Below, piece after piece: positions 9,556 to 16,942 of a stretch of 32,000 nucleotides of DNA. Source of the DNA: Psychrobacter sp. DM4. Lineage in GTDB: Bacteria; Pseudomonadota; Gammaproteobacteria; Pseudomonadales; Moraxellaceae. Where the stretch lies: positions 1,140,001-1,172,000 of the forward strand of contig NZ_CP195536.1 in NCBI RefSeq assembly GCF_051307035.1, read 5' to 3'. The first letter of the stretch is position 1. Every line of letters starts with the position of its first letter. Below the pieces are notes generated by a model. That model was given only the letters and a program-made list of their open reading frames with translations, was not told the DNA's origin and searched no databases. The position numbers and the translations under genes were made by a program.

Positions 9556-10540
9556 ATGATCAAAAACAGGGCTAACGATCGCTTTGATGGTAGAATCTTT
9601 AACGGCTTGTAGCAACGATAAAGCAGTTAGCCCTACATCCGTAACGTCTACTAGCGATGTAAAGCCATGAAATACGATATATAGGGGAACCGCTTCAGTC
9701 TCTCAAGGCGCATCGACTATAAGTATACCCTCGCTATACGAATGCAATAATGGTAGAAATGCTCCCATTGTTCAGAGTCAAGGCACTGACGGCAAACTAT
9801 GGACACTACCCGCTGAGATGAACTTTACAAATAGCCGCTTTCCGTTTGCTTACGATCTAAATAACCCTTGTACAGGTGTACGCTACGCCTCAGCTACAGA
9901 GGCTCGCGATGCGCTAAACCCATCTGATATGATTGAGATTGATGCCGATGGTGAAGTCATCACGGCCGACATCTTTGCCGATGACTATTTTGAGATGTAC
10001 GTTAATGGCATATGTGTCGGTAAAGACAGTGTGCCTTTTACTCGATTTAATTCTAACGTGGTACAATTTAAGGCCAAAAAGCCCTTTACAGTGGCGACGA
10101 AACGGGTTGATTGGGAAGAGAATAGGGGTATTGGTTCAGAAAGCAATCGAGGGCAGTCTTATTATTCAGGTGATGGCGAGGTAGTTACGGTATTTATGAA
10201 TACCGATAATGAAATCGTTGCCAAAACTGACGATAGCTTGAAAGCGTAAACCTTTTACAGCGCGTCTATTCGGAATCTGAGCTGTGTCACCGAAAAAGAC
10301 GCGTTACGTCTGACAAAAAATTGCTCAACTGAAGGCAGTAATGATGGCACGCAAGATTATACATTGCACTGGCAGCTGCCTGACAATTGGTATGCGCAAG
10401 ACCTTAATGATAGCGCTTGGCCTAACGCTACCGTATTTACAAATGATGAAATTGGTGTCGATAATAAGTCCGCTTATACCGACTTTGTCGATAACCCAAT
10501 AACGACGCACGTTTTATATAGTCAATCAATGTCATATTAG
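9556..10540 (+). pseudogene. Disrupted lipoprotein gene (frameshift plus at least two in-frame stops)
   Basis: ATG 9556 is out of frame by 1 nt with a lipoprotein signal sequence (..KTGLTIALMVESLTAC/SNDK, Cys codon at 9608). Removing one A from the run 9562-9566 restores MIKTGLTIALMVESLTACS. The same frame then continues through TGA 9668-9670 and TAA 10247-10249 with protein-like sequence on both sides. It ends at TAG 10538. A further frame switch near 10498 gives ..NNDARFI*SINVILDNEVIVRHTV.. running to 10617. Confidence 0.65.
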
Positions 10541-10598
10541 ACAACGAGGTTATCGTACGCCACACTGTTGATTATTATTCATTCGTTTCATCAACATC

Positions 10599-10634
10599 AA
10601 AAAAAAACCAACTTTGATGAGTTGGTTTTTTTTA
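10599..10634. terminator. Bidirectional rho-independent terminator
   Basis: aaccaact (10606-10613) pairs with agttggtt (10620-10627) around the loop ttgatg. An A-run lies upstream and a T-run downstream. Confidence 0.75.
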
Positions 10635-10674
10635 TGCGTTATTTATAAATACTAAATCAAGCTCTAGCAGCAAA

Positions 10675-10712
10675 CGTTACTTTTCTTAAAGTTTCATAAA
10701 GCTACGCAACAG
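10675..10712 (+). promoter_or_regulatory. Copy 2 of the conserved 38-bp upstream motif
   Basis: cgttacttttcttaaagtttcataaagctacgcaacag is 32/38 identical to 9410-9447. TATACT sits 10 bp downstream. The motif is 58-115 bp upstream of the possible starts of the next ORF. Confidence 0.45.
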
Positions 10713-10769
10713 ATAAAACAAATATACTTTTCTTATGGGGGTGGGGCAAAAGATTCAGTATTCTTCCTT

Positions 10770-11195
10770 ATGAAATCTAATAGCTGGATTATCGCTGTTC
10801 ATAATAATGACTTAAATGGAATAACAATGAAAAGTTTAGCGTTGGGGTTTTTAGTATCGTTGATAGAAAATATCGCAGTCATTTTAATACTACCGACTCT
10901 AAAAAGTTTGGCTCTTGGTGTAATGTTAGCCGCGTCCACGATTTTTACAATAATCAATCCTGCAAATGCGGCTGCTAATAATATGACACATTACTCTGCA
11001 CCAGTAGCAGCCCATCAGGACATTGCCAAAGAATCTGAATCAACTACCAATAGTAAAGAGGGTAATTTAAAAAATAATGACCAACAGCAATATAACCGAT
11101 CAAAATATAATAGTGTTAAACAAAGGGTTGAGATGAATCGAACGCTCAAAACGGGTGAGGATCGCAGAATAGGATCTGGGAGTTATAGCTCTTAA
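10770..11195 (+). CDS. Hypothetical small secreted protein (start uncertain: 10770 or 10827)
   Basis: The ORF contains a signal-peptide-like stretch, KSLALGVMLAASTIFTIINPANA/AANN, followed by a hydrophilic N/Q/S-rich tail. The first 43 codons include a duplicated copy of the signal-peptide start. I recognise no homology. Confidence 0.4.
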   Translation: MKSNSWIIAVHNNDLNGITMKSLALGFLVSLIENIAVILILPTLKSLALGVMLAASTIFTIINPANAAANNMTHYSAPVAAHQDIAKESESTTNSKEGNLKNNDQQQYNRSKYNSVKQRVEMNRTLKTGEDRRIGSGSYSS

Positions 11196-11256
11196 TTTTA
11201 AAACCAAATGTTTAAGCTAGCATCAGGATATTAATTTTACAAAAGGGAATGTTGTC

Positions 11257-11583
11257 ATGAGAAATTATTTTAATTTGTTTAGCACTAAAGCGCGATTGCT
11301 CTGTTTGGGATCAGCACTATTCATAGCACCAGTAACCTCAAGTTTTGCCATTTTGCCGATACCATTAGCAATATTTGAACCTGAATCAATTTCGTTACTC
11401 TCAGCGAATGACAAAAAACTATCAACTAGCTATGATGATGTTAATTTTGAAGATAGCAACTTAATGACTCGCAATCAAAGCCAAGCTAAAAAGTATACTA
11501 CTGAATATTTAGTATCTAACATTGAGCGTATACCAGCCCTTTATCTTAGTGAACGTACCATTATTATGAAGTCTACATTGTAA
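11257..11583 (+). CDS. Hypothetical small secreted protein
   Basis: The N-terminal signal peptide is MRNYFNLFSTKARLLCLGSALFIAPVTSSFA. An AAGGGA-like ribosome-binding site lies 8 nt upstream. I recognise no homology. Confidence 0.4.
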   Translation: MRNYFNLFSTKARLLCLGSALFIAPVTSSFAILPIPLAIFEPESISLLSANDKKLSTSYDDVNFEDSNLMTRNQSQAKKYTTEYLVSNIERIPALYLSERTIIMKSTL

Positions 11584-12240
11584 GTGGTCTTACCAATCTT
11601 GTTTGTGCATATATGCTAAGCTGTCGTCAAAGCTCTTTAAATTTATTAAGACAGATCTGTTTGCTGCGATTACTAATCTGACTAATGGTAAACACGAGAA
11701 TGTAAAACTTGCGAAAACTAATTACGCTACACAAGACTCAATATTTGTTCTACCAATTATTCAGGGTAAAAACCCTGACATTCATAAAGCCACCTGACCA
11801 ATATTTTTTAGTGCTTTACTTTATATGTACTACGAATACTAGCTTAAAGCGTTTATAAACACATTCTTCTTATATTTTGGTTGATACCAGCATGTTTGTA
11901 AATGACTTTCATGAACCCACAATATCAAAAGTAATGACATCTAGTAACTCTCATATTATAGGTATAAATCAAACTGAAATAACCACTACATTGCATACCA
12001 TCTGAGTAGAAATGTAGCATCCAAAGTAGCTCTAAGTAAGCTGTTCTCGCTGCTTCCAGTTCTTATGACTCAAAGACATGCGCTTAAGTAAGTCGCGTCT
12101 TTATCTCCAATCAGACAGCTTGATTCTACTTAATTAGTATCTTAGGTTTGGGAGGGTTACCCTAGCTTTCAAGACAGATAATTAATTACTTAAATTTACT
12201 CTTTTGCTCAGTTTATATAGTTCACCATATACTAAGACAT

Positions 12241-12390
12241 TCCTAAAACTTCTAAAAATTCCATAAAAAAAGGCTTGCCGCATCGCTGCGAACAAGCCTG
12301 ATTTCTTTGTACACTATAAATATGGTGGGCCCAGTATCAACCACATAAATATTCCAAGTTATTGATTTAAATATTTTTATTTAAAAATAT
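12241..12390. repeat. Copy B of the ~145-bp imperfect direct repeat
   Basis: It aligns with 6155-6300. The hairpin is ggcttg (12272-12277) with caagcc (12293-12298), plus an inner stem cgca with tgcg. On the minus strand TTTTTTT follows the hairpin, so it can act as the terminator downstream of the seven-gene minus-strand operon. Confidence 0.8.
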
Positions 12391-12642
12391 TTTTTCTTAT
12401 ACCAACGGTTATACCAACAATTGAATCGAATTATAGATCGATTTTCCAGCCAATATTACAGTATGTTTGGTCTTAAAATTAATTGTTATTTATTGTTAGA
12501 TATAAGTAATATGCTAATTGAAGAATATAAATTATTCTAACGCTACCTTAACATCATTCAGATAATATGTGGGGAAGGAAAATGCTAAGAAGTCATGTAT
12601 ATATTCTTACCCCATAGTGGTAGGTAGTGAGTAAAATATTGT

Positions 12643-14490
12643 CTATTCTAGTGAGAATTTAATATTCCAACGACCAGCTTCCTTATATTCACCTTTAGCA
12701 TTCAATTTAAAATATCGGTTCTTATCAGCATCTGAGGTTAGCTGATAGGTTACACCACATTGCGAGTTTAAGCATTGCGCGATAAAGGTACGATTGGTTG
12801 CTCTTGGTTCAAATGTGGATAGTTGATGACATAAAGGGCAGTGCTTCAAAACTGCTACTTCTTGATTTTTTTCTAGCAGACTCGCTTTATCTGTATGACG
12901 CAAGTAGCTTTCAATTTCTTTTTTACTATTAATAGATAACTCATTTATTAATTGATAGCTACTGGCGTTCTTATAGATACTATTAGTCTCTGCTAGACTT
13001 TGTAGAGCACGACTGGAGATTTTATTAAATGGTAGGTCACTGGCATATCCTGTTAATATGTCAACGTATAGCCATTCTAGCAGTCGAGTAATAAGGCGCT
13101 CGGTAGCCATAAAATTAAGTGGATTAGCTAGTATCGCATTGTTTGTGACAGGCTTATTCTCTGATAGGTCAATCTTTGACTCTAAAAGATGAATAACGAT
13201 CAGATGGGGATTACTTTTTATATCATGATTTAAGGTATCATCAATTTGATTGGCGATGGAAATAATATTTAATAGGTTTTTCGAATATGTATGAGTCAAA
13301 CGCCAGTTATGTGTTTGTTGATCGACTTCAACAGTTACTTGCCAGTTAAGTTCATCGTTTGCTAGAAGTATACTACCAGTAGTTTTTTTAATAGTATTAA
13401 AATTCAACTCTTCGAGTGCCCTTAATAAAATTAACAAAGCATATTGATTGTACTCTTCTTGGAACTGGCGCTTTTTTTCCAACGCTTTAATTAAATCTTT
13501 CACTTCTTGAGACTGTTTATTGAGTTTTGTCCATAAAATACCCACATGTCTATAGTGTTGGTCATGCATCAAGATATTTGTCTTGTGCAACTGGTTTGAA
13601 ATATTCTTATGGGCTTGAGGGATTTTTAGGTAGAGTCCAAAACTTTGTAATCTAGTTATGTTATCTTGCAATGCTAAGTTTTTTTCACTAATTGTCATTA
13701 GCTCTTTGCGTTTTTCGGCGGATTTTTCATCACTGAGATTGCTTGCCCATAAACTACAAAGAAGGCTGGTTAGTTTGTAATAGCTTTCATGCGCTTTATC
13801 AAGTTGTAGGGCATCATCAATATTATTGATTTGTTCCTCTAGTTCTCTAAGTCGTTGTTGTAAAAATAGCATGACCCTATCGAGTAGTCTTGAAAAAACT
13901 TTATTTTCATATATAGAGTAGTTATCGTCACTAATTTTAGCTAAAAGTTTTCTAGGATACACGCCTGCTAAAGTACGCCTTTGCCAAGTCTCGGAATGCA
14001 CAGCTAAATAACGATGAGCTTTATTAGATATCTTCTTTGCTCGGCTAACATCAATTAACTCTTCATCGTAACGAATATCAAGTCTAGGCTGGTAGGCTAT
14101 TTGATGTAAATGACCTGTTTCCAATACGTCGAACAAAGATTGTTCAAAATCGTTCAATTTAGCAGTGTCCTCGAACACTTTCTCAGGCACAAGTGGGCTA
14201 GGTAGAGGAGTCAATTCATCCTCTGCTAGCCATAATGCCAATTGTAAGGCTATATGTTCAATTGAACGACTCATTGTACTTGTTATCGCTGGATCTAGGC
14301 ATAGTACAGAATCTGCGTCATCTATCACAAAGTGCCCTGTACTATCACAGAAAAGAATAGTATAAGCATCTACTTCAAAACGTCGATTGTAAGTAAATGG
14401 GCGAGTATTCACATATCTTTGTGGAATTACAGAAGTAATTATAGGTAATGTGGATAATGAGACGATATCGCCTGTAATTCTATCAAGCAT
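12643..14490 (-). CDS. McrC-like partner protein (DUF2357-like region, possible degenerate PD-(D/E)xK core, C-terminal zinc ribbon)
   Basis: The 615-aa ORF starts 3 nt after the stop of the McrB-like gene. DDNYSIYENKVFSRLLDRVMLFL resembles the conserved YEN(R/K)+hydrophobic helix of McrC/DUF2357-type proteins. Candidate nuclease residues are ..NQIDD..(about 20 aa)..LIVIHLLESK, a hydrophobic strand followed by E-x-K. The C-terminus has CPLC-x18-CLNSQC. Confidence 0.5.
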   Translation of the reverse strand: MLDRITGDIVSLSTLPIITSVIPQRYVNTRPFTYNRRFEVDAYTILFCDSTGHFVIDDADSVLCLDPAITSTMSRSIEHIALQLALWLAEDELTPLPSPLVPEKVFEDTAKLNDFEQSLFDVLETGHLHQIAYQPRLDIRYDEELIDVSRAKKISNKAHRYLAVHSETWQRRTLAGVYPRKLLAKISDDNYSIYENKVFSRLLDRVMLFLQQRLRELEEQINNIDDALQLDKAHESYYKLTSLLCSLWASNLSDEKSAEKRKELMTISEKNLALQDNITRLQSFGLYLKIPQAHKNISNQLHKTNILMHDQHYRHVGILWTKLNKQSQEVKDLIKALEKKRQFQEEYNQYALLILLRALEELNFNTIKKTTGSILLANDELNWQVTVEVDQQTHNWRLTHTYSKNLLNIISIANQIDDTLNHDIKSNPHLIVIHLLESKIDLSENKPVTNNAILANPLNFMATERLITRLLEWLYVDILTGYASDLPFNKISSRALQSLAETNSIYKNASSYQLINELSINSKKEIESYLRHTDKASLLEKNQEVAVLKHCPLCHQLSTFEPRATNRTFIAQCLNSQCGVTYQLTSDADKNRYFKLNAKGEYKEAGRWNIKFSLE

Positions 14491-14493
14491 ATA

Positions 14494-16938
14494 TTAGACT
14501 CCACTTAACCTTTCTATATCCTGCTCTAAAAGATAACTACTCTCTTCAGGGACATCCGATAAACCTAAGGTCTCCCATATCCGTAGTAAGCTATCGTTGA
14601 TATCCTCAATCTTATCAGAACGTGTATCATATCGACCACAGACTTTACCAATACGGAATACTTTAGTAGCTAACAAATGGTCAAGTGCTTCTGCCATCGT
14701 GCCACCGCAAGCCATATAGACAGGAATAAACTTACGAGCTTGGTTTTGCAAGCGATTACCCCAGCTAACTTTAATTTTAAGTAGGTTTTTTTGCAATTCG
14801 CTCTCTAATAACAACTCGAATATATCATCGACATCTGACTGATGTTTTGTAATAGCTTGTTCAAAACGTTCTATCAAACTGCTATAGGAGTATTGAGTAT
14901 TGTCCACCGTATTATCGAAAGTAAGTTTCTCACTTCTGTGTATTTCCATAACGTGGGCTCTATCATAGGTTTTGTCAGCAAACTCTTTGGTTGTTTCATC
15001 GTGGTTTGCAGTGCCTATAAACCATACATTTTTAGGTATCTCTAAGGTCCGACCATTTTTAAATAGCAAGGGTGCATCATGATGTGAGCTATCTAATAAG
15101 TTTATTTTTGCGATATCAGAAGTTTCTAATAGAGACAAAAAGTCAGCAAAATACTGTTCAGGTTGAGACAAATTCATTTCATCTAACAAAATTATTTGTA
15201 GAGTGTTCTGAAATCGCGGTTGTTGGGCACGGTATAAAGCTTGTAATGCTTCTTTGGCATAGAATTTTTTCTCAAACGCGTTATAGTGACCTAATAAATC
15301 TTCTCTATCACGCCAGCCTGCTTGTACTCGAATCACCTCGCAATAAAGTTCATTATCATTATCGGGTGGGTTATTAATCGCTTTTGCAAAGGCTCGAGCT
15401 AAGCTAGTCTTACCTGTACCAGAGATACCTTGCAAAATATGTAGCTTGCTCATTGACAGTCCAGCAATAAATAGCCGTATGTCTTTATTAGTATAATAAA
15501 GACCTTGATTGGCAATGCGGGCACGCATAAGGTTTGAGAATTCCTCTAAGCTTGGCACGGCTTGCAAGCCACTTGCTAGACTACTGAATTTTTCATCCAT
15601 GTCACTAAGTAGCGAAAATGGTAGTGCGCCTTTTTGAGCATCTTCTAAGTCATCAATCTGACTTTTTAATTGTTCAATACTAATATTCAGCACTCTTTTA
15701 TGTTCTTCTAATATTCGTTTTTCTTGTAGCAAGTTTTGACGTTCAAGCGCGCTTAATCGAGTGTTATTAAGTTCACTCTGAGCCTGGGCATAGCTTGCTT
15801 TTAAGTCTTCTAATTGACTTAGTGTGTCATCTAATCTTTCTTCTAATCTTTGATTATCTTCTATTAATCCATCTTCATAACGTTCACTTAGTTCATGCTT
15901 AAGCTCTCTATTCTTCTGTCTAAGTCGGTTTAGTTCTTCTTGAACGTTATTGATACCATCGTTGGTTAGTTGGCGCTTTAAATCCTCAAATTGAGCATTT
16001 TCTTGTGCCATTCTATCTATCTCGTCAATTGCCTTTCTTTTACTCTCTATAAGCGCTTTGTTTTCAGCGGCTAATTGAGTTAGTTTTGCTTCAAACTGCC
16101 GATGAATATGGCTTTTCAGTACATCGTTTTGAATGTCTAACTGTGCTTTCGTTTCTTCTAATTCAGTTTGCGCCAGTTTAAGTGCGCTCTCCTGTTCGAC
16201 TAAATCTAACTTTTGCTTTTGTAAGGCTTTGTTGTCATTTTCTTTTCTAGCGTGTAATTCTTTTAGTAAATCCTGCTCTAAATTATTGGCTCTAAGGGTC
16301 AACTCTTCTTCTATCAATGATATTTGTTGTTCACGCTCTCTAAGCTGGTTATCTTTATCATAAATATTTTTTAATCGTTGTTCTATTTGAGCTAGAGATG
16401 TTTTCTGTAGTTCACTTAGCTCTTTATTTTTGACTTGTAGCGCTTCTTGTTTTTGACTTGCAAAACCTAATTCAGCATTAATTTGTTGCTCTTCTAAAAC
16501 AGATAACTGCTTTCGAAGCTCAAGCTGTTCTGTTTTTAAACTTTTCTTTTCTTCTAGTAACTGCTGACGTGCGTTGTCAACCTCTGTTTGCCGTTGAGCT
16601 ATTGATGCATTGTCTTCGTCAAGTTTGGTCTTTTGACGGTATAGATCGCTCTTTTGTTGTTCTAGAGCTTCAAGCTCTTCATTTAGAAGAGTGCTTTTAC
16701 TTTGGTATTCAGCCGAGTCTTGCTTGTATTGCTGTTCAGCTTCAGTATAAGACTCTAGGTCAGCTAGCATCTTATCTCTAAGCTCATTATCCTTTTCCAA
16801 TAACATTTCTTGTTCTTTATTGACAATCGAACCTGTAACACTTTTTAGAAGCTCTGATATTTTTGTAACCTCTTTATTTGCACTAGGGCTAGGAATTTCA
16901 GACTTTACATGGTTATTTTTTCTGTTCTTTCTTGCCAT
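14494..16938 (-). CDS. Coiled-coil protein fused to a McrB-like AAA+ (AAA_5-type) NTPase
   Basis: Residues ~25-445 are an uninterrupted E/K/Q/L-rich heptad-like sequence (nt ~15604-16866). Walker A is GISGTGKT (nt 15406-15429) and Walker B is QIILLDEMNLSQPE. NVWFIGTANHDETT aligns with the McrB segment GLMNTADRS. The gene is followed by a McrC-like gene. Confidence 0.7.
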   Translation of the reverse strand: MARKNRKNNHVKSEIPSPSANKEVTKISELLKSVTGSIVNKEQEMLLEKDNELRDKMLADLESYTEAEQQYKQDSAEYQSKSTLLNEELEALEQQKSDLYRQKTKLDEDNASIAQRQTEVDNARQQLLEEKKSLKTEQLELRKQLSVLEEQQINAELGFASQKQEALQVKNKELSELQKTSLAQIEQRLKNIYDKDNQLREREQQISLIEEELTLRANNLEQDLLKELHARKENDNKALQKQKLDLVEQESALKLAQTELEETKAQLDIQNDVLKSHIHRQFEAKLTQLAAENKALIESKRKAIDEIDRMAQENAQFEDLKRQLTNDGINNVQEELNRLRQKNRELKHELSERYEDGLIEDNQRLEERLDDTLSQLEDLKASYAQAQSELNNTRLSALERQNLLQEKRILEEHKRVLNISIEQLKSQIDDLEDAQKGALPFSLLSDMDEKFSSLASGLQAVPSLEEFSNLMRARIANQGLYYTNKDIRLFIAGLSMSKLHILQGISGTGKTSLARAFAKAINNPPDNDNELYCEVIRVQAGWRDREDLLGHYNAFEKKFYAKEALQALYRAQQPRFQNTLQIILLDEMNLSQPEQYFADFLSLLETSDIAKINLLDSSHHDAPLLFKNGRTLEIPKNVWFIGTANHDETTKEFADKTYDRAHVMEIHRSEKLTFDNTVDNTQYSYSSLIERFEQAITKHQSDVDDIFELLLESELQKNLLKIKVSWGNRLQNQARKFIPVYMACGGTMAEALDHLLATKVFRIGKVCGRYDTRSDKIEDINDSLLRIWETLGLSDVPEESSYLLEQDIERLSGV

Positions 16939-16942
16939 AGTG

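Noticed and set aside
9351-9575. A 74-aa plus-strand ORF in the divergent regulatory region, and a 83-aa alternative-frame ORF at 9933-10184.
   Set aside because: The first spans the promoter and motif region and has implausible composition. The second is an out-of-frame overlap of the lipoprotein pseudogene.
11603-11797. A 64-aa plus-strand ORF after the second secreted-protein gene.
   Set aside because: The start is non-ATG with no Shine-Dalgarno sequence. There are no hydrophobic or conserved features, so there is insufficient support.
12322-12345. A tRNA 3'-end-like sequence on the minus strand (..ggttgatactgggcccacca, also at ~6236-6260 as ..ggttaatactggacctacca), followed by a terminator. 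This would suggest a tRNA or tmRNA attachment site.
   Set aside because: The upstream sequence cannot form a T-arm or the rest of a cloverleaf. There is no TTCGAAT-type loop and the sequence is AT-rich. The similarity between the two copies also continues well beyond where a tRNA would end. I kept it only as part of the repeat description.
15604-16866. Repetitive-looking DNA in the coiled-coil coding region, considered as a possible tandem repeat or CRISPR-like array.
   Set aside because: There are no exact or regularly spaced nucleotide repeats. The impression comes from biased codon content (GAA/AAA/CAA/TTA-rich) encoding heptad-type protein sequence within one continuous ORF.
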